Shown here: positions 8,687 to 18,152 of the stretch, piece by piece | Numbering within the stretch: the first letter of the stretch is position 1 | Layout: each line of letters opens with the position of its first letter | Source of the DNA: a virus | Reading direction: 5' to 3' (one strand) | IMG/VR virus record: IMGVR_UViG_3300018080_000100 | DNA length: 64,000 nt | Program-made: the position numbers and the translations under genes | Notes under the pieces: model-generated | What the model was told of the DNA's origin: nothing | The model's input: only the letters and a program-made list of their open reading frames with translations | Database searches by the model: none

Positions 8687-9688
8687 TTACAGCGCTGCGA
8701 AGACTACCCCCGTCTGGGGTGGCAGCACGCGGCTGATCAGTCCGACTTCCGTGTCGGTGATTTTGGTCATGTCAGTCTGGATGAGGATGGCGCTATTCAT
8801 CGTCAGATCCCCCACAGGAACTGGAACGCTCAGGTCACCACCCATTCCGGCGGGTACGAACACTTCTGTGACTCCGGCCGGCAATGCGTTGGCCCGAAAC
8901 TCGCTGATTTTGAAGGCTTCCACAAGCGGTGTGCCAGCACGGGGCTGAGAGCCCTCAGGAGGCCCCAGAATCGCGTCCTGGGCGATGCGGTAAATGTTAC
9001 GCGTCGTCGCCAGGAAGCGCCCCCTGCGGTCTGTGGCGTCGCTGAGAACCGTCTCTAGGCCATCAGCCACGGGCACATCCAGGATTGCGGCCAAAAGCGC
9101 CTCCAGGCTAGCAATCGTGGTGCCCTGGACGTTGCAGTCCATGATAGCATTGATGGTGTCCTTGTAGCGCTGGCTGGTCTCGCCCTTGAGGCCGAGGATG
9201 TAGCCGAAGTGCTTGTAGACGTACTCTCGATCGAACTGGCCGCCAAAGCCCCATAGGAAGACTGTATCCCCCATCTGCGGGATCCGCGGATCCGAGAACG
9301 GATCCTCCTCGAACGTGATGGCGATGTCGCTGACCGTATAGTCGATACCTTCGTGGAGCACGCAGGTCGCCGCGGTCATCCTGTTAGAAAGCAGCGGCAA
9401 ACCTACCAATCCCTCCGGTTTCGGGAAGGAGAGTCCGGACTGGTCTTCTCGGGACAGCTCCAGCAGCGTCCAGCGCTCAGTATGGTAGAGCGGGACAGTG
9501 AGCCGGCTGACGCAGGCGACGACCTCGTGCAGGTTCTGGTGCTGCTGCCGCACCAGCTCGAGATTGGCCTGCGCCATGGCTGCGAGCGGAGCGCTTCCAC
9601 CGTAGTAGTCCGTCCACAAAGACCCTAGCAGCCCTAAAACTGCATCTGGAGTCGGTAGGTCGAGCGTGTTGGCTAGGTGGTGTGGCAT
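8687..9688 (-). CDS. hypothetical baseplate/tail-fibre-associated protein
   Basis: 333-aa ORF immediately downstream of the J-like baseplate gene, by position only. Confidence 0.4.
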   Translation of the reverse strand: MPHHLANTLDLPTPDAVLGLLGSLWTDYYGGSAPLAAMAQANLELVRQQHQNLHEVVACVSRLTVPLYHTERWTLLELSREDQSGLSFPKPEGLVGLPLLSNRMTAATCVLHEGIDYTVSDIAITFEEDPFSDPRIPQMGDTVFLWGFGGQFDREYVYKHFGYILGLKGETSQRYKDTINAIMDCNVQGTTIASLEALLAAILDVPVADGLETVLSDATDRRGRFLATTRNIYRIAQDAILGPPEGSQPRAGTPLVEAFKISEFRANALPAGVTEVFVPAGMGGDLSVPVPVGDLTMNSAILIQTDMTKITDTEVGLISRVLPPQTGVVFAAL

Positions 9689-9874
9689 GCTTATGTCACT
9701 TCTGCATTATTGTCACGGTGGGGGTAAAAATAGCATTAACTGTCCGGATTCGTCGCAAACCCTACGCCTATAGGGGTTTGCGTTAGTCACGATGCGCAAT
9801 TACTGTTTAGTAACGGGTTTGGCCGGGGTCCTTATGTCAGTCCTGGGTCATGCAAAAAGCGCGGTGACTCAACA
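9689..9874. promoter_or_regulatory. AT-richer 186-bp intergenic region with hairpin and GTGAC repeats
   Basis: Hairpin GCAAACCCTA-cgcc-TAGGGGTTTGC. GTGAC(A/T)A appears three times on the coding strand. A -10-like CAATAAT lies about 21 nt before the 9688 start. Confidence 0.3.
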
Positions 9875-11374
9875 TTATGCCGATACGATGTGCACATTGC
9901 GGAGTGCGATGAACGCCGCCATGGTCTTGTCGTCAACGGTGTCTCCCTGGATCAGCACGTTAGAGACAGCTGTGGAGTCTGGCAGCGCCCGCGCGAGCGC
10001 GAACTGCTTCGGCTGTACGCCGATCGGCAGCCCGTTTATGTACGCGACGGCCGCGCGCTTGAACTCGTCTTCGTCTACCTCGGCGGTCACGTTGATCCGC
10101 ACGGTGACCAAGGCTGGCTTCACAGCTTTGATCAGCACATCGAGGCCAGGTTGACGGACTGCCGGCTTATCGACTGCAGTCTGAATCGTATCGACGTCAG
10201 GCATGACAAGCACGGTCACGATGAAGGCCTTCTTGTCGCCGACACTGAGGCCGAGCGTCTCGATCTCCTCTTTGAACGTGATTGTGGCTTCCTGGTAAGC
10301 GCTGTACAGCCCTTCGTCTACCGTCTGGACGTCCGGCACAGCGCCTGCGGTATTCATGCTGCGGACATCGTCCAGGATCGTGCAGCCGTCGGCGGTGTGT
10401 GGCAGTCCAGGCGCACGGATGTCACGGACCAGATAGAAACCAGGCGCGTCGTCGCGCGCCAGCGTGACTTCCCAGGTAGCCTCCGTTGGCGTCTTGGACA
10501 GCAACGTGGCGTTCTTGGTGATGCCGCGGCTCTTCGGGAAAGCTCGCGTGCGCACGTAGACGTCCAGCTTGCCGCCGCCAGACACGGTACCACCGCGCCG
10601 GTCTCGTAGCATTTCAGGATCACTCGCACCGATTACGGCCACATCGAGCACGTTGAATGTCAGGCTTTTGATTAGCGCCTTGACGCTCTCAGGACTGCCG
10701 AAGCCAGGCATCGCGGCGCCGGTCTGCATCTGCTGCACTAGCTCCTCGTTCGACTGCGCTACGTTGCCGCCAGCGAAGTCTTCCGTGGCGTACGCCAGCA
10801 GAACACCCGGCGGGCTCGGTACTATGGTGAGCTTGTCGAACTGCGCCAGTACGGCGTTCTCGTGGATCTCGGCGGCCATGACAGGTACTTGCACGGCGAA
10901 GTTGCCGTTGTCCAGCTCCTCCGAGCGCACATCGTATGTGCCGAGGCTGCTAGTATCAGGCGCTTTCACGCTGACCGGCCGTGTGGCGTAGAACAGTTGC
11001 CCGTTGGCGCGGAACTTCGTGCTCGTGCCAAAGTTGATGCCACTGGCTCTGTCCATTACGACGGTGACGCTACCGGCCGCCTTGGTGGACACACGCCGGG
11101 TGATGCGATAGTTGGACGCCAACGCGTCGACAGCAGTCGGAACTGCTGCGTCGGGCTCTTGGGCCAGCTCCAGCGCCGACATAGACTTGCGCAGCCGTTC
11201 GATCGCCTCCATGCTTGCGCCCTGCAAGATGGCGTGCAGTTCTGTCACCAAGTCACCGAGGACACCCCTGCGGGCATTCAAGTCCGGACACTGCTCTTCG
11301 ACCATCTGGGCGATGATGGCGTAAGCCGCATCGACGCGGTCGTCGTCAATCTCATTCAGTTCGGGCCAGTACAT
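9875..11374 (-). CDS. baseplate J-like (gp47/gp6-like) wedge protein
   Basis: 499-aa ORF. Its size and its position next to the gp25-like gene fit a baseplate J-like protein. RBS AGGAG. No exact motif match is claimed. Confidence 0.4.
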   Translation of the reverse strand: MYWPELNEIDDDRVDAAYAIIAQMVEEQCPDLNARRGVLGDLVTELHAILQGASMEAIERLRKSMSALELAQEPDAAVPTAVDALASNYRITRRVSTKAAGSVTVVMDRASGINFGTSTKFRANGQLFYATRPVSVKAPDTSSLGTYDVRSEELDNGNFAVQVPVMAAEIHENAVLAQFDKLTIVPSPPGVLLAYATEDFAGGNVAQSNEELVQQMQTGAAMPGFGSPESVKALIKSLTFNVLDVAVIGASDPEMLRDRRGGTVSGGGKLDVYVRTRAFPKSRGITKNATLLSKTPTEATWEVTLARDDAPGFYLVRDIRAPGLPHTADGCTILDDVRSMNTAGAVPDVQTVDEGLYSAYQEATITFKEEIETLGLSVGDKKAFIVTVLVMPDVDTIQTAVDKPAVRQPGLDVLIKAVKPALVTVRINVTAEVDEDEFKRAAVAYINGLPIGVQPKQFALARALPDSTAVSNVLIQGDTVDDKTMAAFIALRNVHIVSA

Positions 11375-11383
11375 CAGTAACTC

Positions 11384-11809
11384 CTATGTTGGGAGCGGCA
11401 GAATGAACTGCATCGATTCAGCCTCTGTTGTCAGCGTGATCACGAGCTGCATGACGCCTGGTTGGACGATGATGTTGTTCAGCTGTAGGCGTTTGAAGCG
11501 CTGCTCAGGCGGGTCGTCCTCTGTCTCTTCCTCCTGCATTGCCGCAGCGATATGGCGCGCGGCCGATTGGAAGTGCGCCGCCACGTCGGACTCGGTGAAC
11601 ATGTGGCCCTGCTGCCACAGCGTCATGAATGGGCACGCACGCGGCACCTCGCGGCCGAACGTGTAGCGCTGACTGCCGGTCTCGGTCAGCAGCACGCACA
11701 ATACGCGTTGCAGCACGTTGTGGATGCCGGAGGAAACACCGCCGTCATCAAACTGCGAGAGGACGAAACCCTCCTCGTCGACGCTCCAGGCTGTTATGTC
11801 TTTGCTCAT
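11384..11809 (-). CDS. gp25/GPW-like baseplate wedge protein
   Basis: About 140 aa from MSKDITAWSVDEEG. Segment SGIHNVLQRVLCVLLTETGSQRYTFGREVPRACPFMTL resembles the gp25 family. ATGA overlap with the upstream gene. Confidence 0.45.
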   Translation of the reverse strand: MSKDITAWSVDEEGFVLSQFDDGGVSSGIHNVLQRVLCVLLTETGSQRYTFGREVPRACPFMTLWQQGHMFTESDVAAHFQSAARHIAAAMQEEETEDDPPEQRFKRLQLNNIIVQPGVMQLVITLTTEAESMQFILPLPT

Positions 11810-12240
11810 GTCGTCAACATCTCCTGGATGAATGCCTCCACAGAGCCCTTGTGTACGCCGTTGGCGGCGTCTCCGTGCGCCTTGCGCCGCCCCGACAGCA
11901 ACATGCACGCGCGTGTGGGTGTGCGGTGACGCTCGCGGAACGAGCGTTCCATCATGGCCATGTAGCCGATCTCGATACTGGTACCCGCTGCGATCCTACT
12001 CTTGTTCTCACCCGCGCCTGTGAACTCGTCGATGTAATCCTGGTTCACGTCCGTACGGTCGAACGGGTCGCCCATATCGGGGATGTCCGTAGGGTCGAAC
12101 GTCCAGCCGGGTGTCTTCCCACTTGGGATCATCCACGGCCGCTGCACGGCGTTACCTTCCAGGTACGATCCGATCGACAATGAGTCGGCCGATACGTCGT
12201 CCATCAGGCTCGTAAATTGTGCGTCAACGGCAAGGGTCAT
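11806..12240 (-). CDS. hypothetical baseplate-module protein
   Basis: 144-aa ORF translationally coupled to its neighbours. Confidence 0.4.
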   Translation of the reverse strand: MTLAVDAQFTSLMDDVSADSLSIGSYLEGNAVQRPWMIPSGKTPGWTFDPTDIPDMGDPFDRTDVNQDYIDEFTGAGENKSRIAAGTSIEIGYMAMMERSFRERHRTPTRACMLLSGRRKAHGDAANGVHKGSVEAFIQEMLTT

Positions 12241-12980
12241 TAGAGCATCTCCAGGGTATCGCGCTTATCGAGCTTCTGCTGGATTTGCGCCATCCTGTGG
12301 CTGACAGCAGCCGGGCTGATCTTCAGCTGCGCCGCCACCTGGCTGGGCTTGGTTTGCGGGTGCCCGTGCATGCCCAGCACCCGCTCCATGATGAACTGGT
12401 TGGTCTCGTCTAGGTCATCATAAACTAGTTCGAGCCATACGTCAGGGCGTTCTTGCAGCGAACGTACCCGAGGGTCGTAACCTCCGCTGCCTTCGTCGCC
12501 CGGCCGGGTGATCGTGCTCTCGGCCAGGGGCCTGCCGCTACCACGGATATACTGCAGCCGCTTGAGCGACAGCCCGGTGAAGTCCGACAGCTCCTGGTCC
12601 GACGGCGGCCGGCCCAGCTTGTCTTCCAGCTCGTTGACAGCACGCTCGGAGTGCATCTGGTCCAGCGCGACCTGCTCTGGCACGCGGATGATCTGGCGAT
12701 GACTGGACGCCGTACGCCGCAAGCGCTGCAGCCGGGACATCATGTGCGACTTGAGCGGACCACGGGCTGGATCGTACGAGTGCAGGGCTTCCGCGGCCAT
12801 ACGCTTAGCCTGGGACCTGATCGTCACACTCTTGGCCGACGGGCCGGCGTACGCGCGTACGGCCATGCTGATAACCGGATCGAGCGCCTTGAGCATCTGA
12901 CCTGTGTTTGCGCGGGACGGATCGGTAGCCCAAGCCTTGTATGGCTCCTGAAAATCGGGCTCTAGCAGGTTTTTCGACAT
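12240..12980 (-). CDS. sigma-70 family RNA polymerase sigma factor (regions 2, 3 and 4 present; FliA/group 3-4 size)
   Basis: Start ATG at 12980 with AGGAGGT RBS. YDPARG, RQIIRVPEQV (region 2.4/3), LGRPPSDQELSDFTGLSLKRLQYI (region 3) and NQFIMERVLGMHGHPQTKPSQVAAQLKISPAAVSHRMAQIQQKL (region 4 HTH) align with E. coli sigma70. Confidence 0.75.
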   Translation of the reverse strand: MSKNLLEPDFQEPYKAWATDPSRANTGQMLKALDPVISMAVRAYAGPSAKSVTIRSQAKRMAAEALHSYDPARGPLKSHMMSRLQRLRRTASSHRQIIRVPEQVALDQMHSERAVNELEDKLGRPPSDQELSDFTGLSLKRLQYIRGSGRPLAESTITRPGDEGSGGYDPRVRSLQERPDVWLELVYDDLDETNQFIMERVLGMHGHPQTKPSQVAAQLKISPAAVSHRMAQIQQKLDKRDTLEML

Positions 12981-12988
12981 GATACCTC

Positions 12989-14689
12989 CTACGGCGCCGG
13001 CGCCGGTGGCGCGCCGCCACACGAGTCGCTCAGTGTTGGACACGTCTGACCCGCAGTCAAGTTGTGCGAACCTATCCACGGCGTGGTATACAGCGGATGC
13101 GCCGTTACGGTGTAGTCGTCGCTCGCATGCTCGGTAGCCGTGCGGATATGCGACATGCGGAACGCGGTGTAGCACTTCTGATGCTGCGCATCGAAGAAGT
13201 GGCTGACGCGTACCACCGAGCCGTACCGCTTCTCTCCGGCGATCGGCGGCTGGTTGCTGCCCTCAGTGCCTTCGAACGAGATCGTGGAGCCTGGCGCGAT
13301 GTCAAAGCGGACCGGACCCACAATATCGCCCCAGCGGTTCTTGAGTATCTCGTTGACGTAGAAGGCGTGGGCCAACTCGTCCAGGATAGTCTTCTGATCG
13401 TCTTTGGAGTCTACCGGGTCTGGTAGAACGGCGTTCGGCGTACCGACGCCTGGGTGGTTATGGGCGTTGCCGCGTACGGTATTGGCGCCGGCGATGCCTA
13501 CGGAGTCGGCTGAGAACCCGGATGGTTGCACGTACTCAGACAGGTACGACGGCGCGCGTTTCAGGATAACGATGCCGTCCTCGCGTCCGACATACATACC
13601 GCCGATCGTATCCTCGACCGTGTCGTCCGGGCGCATGTTGCCGCCAGATCGCGAGCCGTAGCCAGCGAAGAACCCCACAGCCCGGGTTGCGCGCGGCAGG
13701 AAGGCGTTCATGTCCTGCTGCGACATGTCACGTGTGAGGATCGACGCGTTGGCGCCTCCCGGATTCCACTCAGCACGCAGGCCCGGAATGAACGGCACGA
13801 TCGCGGCATGCGTTGGGTATGGGATGAGCTTGAAGAAGAACTTGGCTGACAGCTCCCCGATAATCTTGTCCCAGAACGTGGTATGCGCCATCGCGTTGAG
13901 CGTATTGGACCGGTTGGCCGGCGTCAGCGAGCTGACCGCGATGTCGTTGGCGATCGCCATTGCTGCCACGTCGGCGTCGACGCCGCCAGGCACCTTGAAA
14001 TCCAGTACCTCGCCGCTGATATTGATCAACTTGAGCGCGGCAAGCGCCTCGTGGTTCTTGCTGTCGTTCTCTGCGTCGCCGTCAGGGAACAACTGAAACT
14101 GCGCTGAGCCGATGCGCGGCAAGCAGCACAGTTCCTCGAACCATGGCATGATGGCGTCACCCCACAGGTCGCTCTGGATATTGGCTGCCGTGACGACGGA
14201 CTGCGCAGTCGTCCGGCCCAGCCAGTGCGTCAGCGCGCCGCCCGACGCGTCGAAGTCGATCGCGCTGTTGAACGTGAAGTGCGAAGGGTTCTGCGGGTGC
14301 ATCATGGCGTTGAGCGTCGACGAGAAGCTGAGAGCTGACAGCCAATGAGTCATCTCGAGCGTCATGGCGTAGCCGTCGTAGGTTCGCCGATAACCGATGC
14401 CTGTCACCCAGCCACAGAAGATTCTGTACAAACCTGCCGGCCAGATACCAGGCCCGCCAGCCTTGAGTGTCGATGTGACGTAGACTTGAACCTGCAGCTG
14501 CAACGGAGAATTCAACCCGCCACCATGGGCGGTCGACGCTACGAGCGTATCGGCCCTGTAGCCGACCGGCAAAACCGCCGTGGCAGTCGGGATCTTGTTC
14601 ATTTCGTACGAACAGCCGAATTGCACCAGCTCGTAGAACGTGCCTCCGATCTGGGCGACTAGTTCGAATTCGATCGCAACGTAACTCAT
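12989..14689 (-). CDS. baseplate hub/central spike-like structural protein
   Basis: 566 aa from MSYVAIEFELVAQIGGTFYEL, assigned by position downstream of the tape-measure-like gene. No exact motif. ATGA-coupled to the upstream gene. Confidence 0.4.
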   Translation of the reverse strand: MSYVAIEFELVAQIGGTFYELVQFGCSYEMNKIPTATAVLPVGYRADTLVASTAHGGGLNSPLQLQVQVYVTSTLKAGGPGIWPAGLYRIFCGWVTGIGYRRTYDGYAMTLEMTHWLSALSFSSTLNAMMHPQNPSHFTFNSAIDFDASGGALTHWLGRTTAQSVVTAANIQSDLWGDAIMPWFEELCCLPRIGSAQFQLFPDGDAENDSKNHEALAALKLINISGEVLDFKVPGGVDADVAAMAIANDIAVSSLTPANRSNTLNAMAHTTFWDKIIGELSAKFFFKLIPYPTHAAIVPFIPGLRAEWNPGGANASILTRDMSQQDMNAFLPRATRAVGFFAGYGSRSGGNMRPDDTVEDTIGGMYVGREDGIVILKRAPSYLSEYVQPSGFSADSVGIAGANTVRGNAHNHPGVGTPNAVLPDPVDSKDDQKTILDELAHAFYVNEILKNRWGDIVGPVRFDIAPGSTISFEGTEGSNQPPIAGEKRYGSVVRVSHFFDAQHQKCYTAFRMSHIRTATEHASDDYTVTAHPLYTTPWIGSHNLTAGQTCPTLSDSCGGAPPAPAP

Positions 14690-15153
14690 GTGCGTGCGCG
14701 CTCCGTGCAGTCTGCGACGGCCAGCATCAGCCCGCCTAGCTTGTAGGGCAGCTGGTCGTGATTCTTCCACAATTCGAGGAAGGTCTTATTTGGCTCCTGC
14801 TCGCCGTCGCCGAACAGCTCAATATCGTCGTCCACAGTCAAAGTCGTGATTAGCGCTGGCAGCAGTTCTGGAAGGCCGCCATCGGCGGTGTTACCCAGGT
14901 GCGCAGCGTCAAACGGCAGGTACGTGATCCGTGGATCGTATGCCAGCACGTACTCCTCGAGTTCGGTGGCGTGCAGCATCTGCATCACTTGCTGCAGCCG
15001 CAGGCCTGTTACGGGCGGGTTACCGAACACGATGTCGCGCACTTTCTGGACGGCCGCAGGGATTGCCTGCGGGACAAAGTCCTGCGGCACCCACTCGTCG
15101 TCGGAGCCGGTGGCCGCCATGTTGTGCAGTAGGGTTCTTACGTGATTTATCAT
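14686..15153 (-). CDS. hypothetical tail protein
   Basis: Internal Met start at 15153 gives ATGA coupling with the 15150 stop. Confidence 0.35.
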   Translation of the reverse strand: MINHVRTLLHNMAATGSDDEWVPQDFVPQAIPAAVQKVRDIVFGNPPVTGLRLQQVMQMLHATELEEYVLAYDPRITYLPFDAAHLGNTADGGLPELLPALITTLTVDDDIELFGDGEQEPNKTFLELWKNHDQLPYKLGGLMLAVADCTERART

Positions 15154-15620
15154 GGTGGCACGATGGTCTTGAATATGAGCTGGAACTTGGCCAGCCGGGA
15201 CTTGGGGTTCATGTAGTCGAACTTGCCGCCGACTAGGAACGCGTCTGCGCTGTACCCGGCGAACACCAACGTAACCGGCGTACCCGTGATCGAGATAGCG
15301 TAGGTGTTGTAGTAGTCCATCGCCGCAGTCAGCCCGTGGCCCGACAGGAAGCATTCCATGCCGCCGATGCCGCTCACGACGACGTCGCCCATCTTCTCGC
15401 CGAAGACGTAGACGTAGGTGTAGTTTCGCAGCGTGAGCAAGAACTGGTAGTTGCCCTGCGTGCGCGCTGACACGCCTGACACCACAGCATGACCTGGTGA
15501 CGACGGGATAGCCGGGTTCAGTGTGAATGTCAACGGAACCGCCGTGCCGGTAGCCACCACGTTCATGATGCCGGTCAGCTCGCCGCTTTTGATGGCATTG
15601 GTCCCGAATATGTAGGCCAT
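15150..15620 (-). CDS. hypothetical tail protein
   Basis: 156-aa ORF abutting the tape-measure-like gene. Confidence 0.4.
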   Translation of the reverse strand: MAYIFGTNAIKSGELTGIMNVVATGTAVPLTFTLNPAIPSSPGHAVVSGVSARTQGNYQFLLTLRNYTYVYVFGEKMGDVVVSGIGGMECFLSGHGLTAAMDYYNTYAISITGTPVTLVFAGYSADAFLVGGKFDYMNPKSRLAKFQLIFKTIVPP

Positions 15621-17683
15621 TATGCGATTCCTCCTGTATCGCCAGGTTGCTCGCTCACACCGTTCATCATGCCTGCTATCGTCTGCGAGTCCCCGTCACC
15701 AAACGAGAAGGACAGCGCATCCGTGTCAACGGCTGTAGCGCCGGCACGCTCTCCTGGCAGGTCTTGTGCGGCATCCGTGCCCGATTCCTGCTCGTCTACC
15801 TGTCTTGCTGCGGCCCTGTCATTCGATACCTCCGTGGCACCCGCAGCAAACGCTGCGGCCTCCTCCGGCGTTTTGACGCCCGATTTGACGGCATGGGCAG
15901 CGCGTCCGACGAAGTTACGCTGCCCGTCCGCGGCATGCTCGATCTCGTCGTCCACACGTCCCTGGGCCTTGTCTTGCTCCTTATGCGTCTCCTCCAGGGC
16001 ACGCTTGCTGTGCATTGCAGCAGCATGGCCTGCGCCACCCCTATAGTTTAAGCTACGAGCCGCTCTTGAGGCAGCGCCAAGTGCCAGTTCTGCCGTGGCC
16101 TCGGCGTTTCTGCCGCCTAAACCCGCCTCTTCAAGGCGCTCAGCGATGGCCTCGATCACTTCCTCGCGGGACGCGCCGGCCATTTCGCGCACGGTGCTGG
16201 TCACGATCTCGCCGGCCTTCCACATCCGCCGGGCTGACGTCCGTTTGCCACGCTGGCGCAACACGCCCGACATCTGGTTAGCCACGGTCCTTCGCATGAG
16301 CGGTGCGATGTCGGCGTCCCACTGGGTTTCGCGGACAGCGCCGGCCACCTTGTCGCCGTACAGGTCTTTATTCTCGTCGCGCTGATGGATGATCCCGGTG
16401 GCCACGGTCATGTCGACGCCGCTCTTCTCCAGCGTCTTGCGGAAGGCCGCAGCGTCGTAGAGGTTGAACTCGCCCTCCTCTTTCAGCTTGATATACGCCT
16501 TGTGCGCTGGCGAGCCGTCTCGGAGCATGCCCTTGTCGCCCATCCGGAGTAGCGCTGCTGCGTTGTTGGCAGTCTCGCTGCGTCCGGCCTGCGCCATTAG
16601 CTGAGTATCCTGCTGCATCATCTCGTTAGCGCTGATACCGCCAGCCGCCTGGATGAACCCAGCGCCCTGGCTCTTGGCGTATGCGCCGAAAGCCATACCG
16701 TGCTGACCGGCCATGACGCCCGACATCGCGTCGCCGCCCTTGGCTACCGACGCGGCGCCGCCGAACTGCTGCAGGCCCGCAGCCTCGCCGTAGCTGATGT
16801 CGGCCTGACGGGACAGCTGCTTGAACATGCGTGTCTGCTGCTCCAGCTGTTCATTGTTGACGCCACGGGAGAACCCACCCATGTTGAGCTGATCGAGCGT
16901 CTGCGCCATCTGGTCGGCATTCATGGCAGAGTAACCGCCGCCGAGGTCGCGGATAGCGCTCATCGGCTTGGCGAGCCCAGCCTGCCAGTCAGTGAAGTCT
17001 TTGCGCCCAGCTTGGGTCTGGTAGTCGATGTTGCCGGGACCAAGTCCACGCTGCATAGCTGGGGCTACGAACGACGACAGCTGGCCCAGGCCGAAGCCGC
17101 GGGTGGCAGCTAGGCTGCCCTGCGGATGGCTGTACAGATTCTGCTGTGCCGCGCCAGTCAGTTGAGTCGCCGCGCCCGTCAGCTGCCCCGGCGTCATACC
17201 TGTGCCAGGCTGCCCAGGAGTCTGCATCTGGTTACGGAACAGCTCGGAGTAGTTGCCGGCCGCCTGGTTCGCCCCGAGGCCGAGCGCGTCCATCGTACCG
17301 CCGGGCATGAAATTACCAACCAGCGGCGTGATAGCGGCTACCGCCGCGCCGAACTTGTCGCTCTGCAACAGTTCGGACATCTTGTTGCCTTCTTCGGAAG
17401 ACAACAGCCCCATGCCGACCAGCCCACCACCCTGCGACCCAGCGTAGCCGTGAATCAGCTCCTGCAGGCTTTGCTGCGCAGCCGCCATGCCGATACCGCT
17501 GACGGCGCCCAGCTGGCCCTGCTCGAACTCGCGGGCGCGCTGGGTGTCCTGCAGGTTCTGCGTAGGCCAGAACTGTCCCAGTGTCATGCCAGACGGAACC
17601 ATCCCCTGCCCGAACGTCTGTAGAAACATGTTCAGGAGAGGATTGCTCGAAAAGGCTCCACTAGGGTGCGAAGCGCCTGACAT
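15620..17683 (-). CDS. tape-measure-like or internal virion protein (Gly/Gln/Met/Ala-rich)
   Basis: About 690 aa of low-complexity G/Q/A/M-rich sequence. Start ATG at 17683. Lies between chaperone-sized ORFs and the hub-like gene. Confidence 0.5.
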   Translation of the reverse strand: MSGASHPSGAFSSNPLLNMFLQTFGQGMVPSGMTLGQFWPTQNLQDTQRAREFEQGQLGAVSGIGMAAAQQSLQELIHGYAGSQGGGLVGMGLLSSEEGNKMSELLQSDKFGAAVAAITPLVGNFMPGGTMDALGLGANQAAGNYSELFRNQMQTPGQPGTGMTPGQLTGAATQLTGAAQQNLYSHPQGSLAATRGFGLGQLSSFVAPAMQRGLGPGNIDYQTQAGRKDFTDWQAGLAKPMSAIRDLGGGYSAMNADQMAQTLDQLNMGGFSRGVNNEQLEQQTRMFKQLSRQADISYGEAAGLQQFGGAASVAKGGDAMSGVMAGQHGMAFGAYAKSQGAGFIQAAGGISANEMMQQDTQLMAQAGRSETANNAAALLRMGDKGMLRDGSPAHKAYIKLKEEGEFNLYDAAAFRKTLEKSGVDMTVATGIIHQRDENKDLYGDKVAGAVRETQWDADIAPLMRRTVANQMSGVLRQRGKRTSARRMWKAGEIVTSTVREMAGASREEVIEAIAERLEEAGLGGRNAEATAELALGAASRAARSLNYRGGAGHAAAMHSKRALEETHKEQDKAQGRVDDEIEHAADGQRNFVGRAAHAVKSGVKTPEEAAAFAAGATEVSNDRAAARQVDEQESGTDAAQDLPGERAGATAVDTDALSFSFGDGDSQTIAGMMNGVSEQPGDTGGIA

Positions 17684-18152
17684 AACTCTTTCCCCATTTC
17701 GCGAGCTGTTTACGGATGGCTTCCTTGCCCTTCTCACTTCGAGGATCGCTGAAACGCTTCACATAGGTATTACGCATCTCTTCGTTCGCTATCAGCTGCG
17801 CCTGGCGTCCGGTCGGCACCCACGGCAGTAGCTCGCTGAGAAGCTGGTTGCGCAAAGACTCGGTCTGCTTATGGTGCAGATTGAACGCCATCTGGTCTGC
17901 GCCATAGTCTAGTAGCGCCAGATTGAACTGGTACTGATGCTCCCGCGCCTGAATACGCAGCTTCCGCGCGACATGCTCGACAACGAGGTTGGCTTTACGC
18001 CACCATCTTATGTCAAGTATATCACCGCCCAGGTCCAACAGCCCCTCGCAATGTGCGTGGAGCAGCAAGCATGTTAGGCGGTTCTGTCGAAAAAATCGGG
18101 GTCTTCCGCCTTCGCTTCCATGTACTGCAGCACCTGGTTGAACTGCACCCAC
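17661..18152 (-). CDS. hypothetical protein (start uncertain; may be only 17661..17891)
   Basis: The long form overlaps the upstream gene by 78 nt. An internal Met at 17891 gives a 76-aa product. Confidence 0.3.
   Translation of the reverse strand: MGAVQPGAAVHGSEGGRPRFFRQNRLTCLLLHAHCEGLLDLGGDILDIRWWRKANLVVEHVARKLRIQAREHQYQFNLALLDYGADQMAFNLHHKQTESLRNQLLSELLPWVPTGRQAQLIANEEMRNTYVKRFSDPRSEKGKEAIRKQLAKWGKSYVRRFAP

Noticed and set aside
12240-13175. Alternative reading of the sigma-like ORF as a baseplate component, given its location
   Set aside because: Regions 2.4, 3 and the region-4 HTH align convincingly to sigma70. The long N-terminal extension in the track starts at a non-ATG codon and overlaps the hub gene. 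The start at 12980 with an AGGAGGT RBS is preferred.
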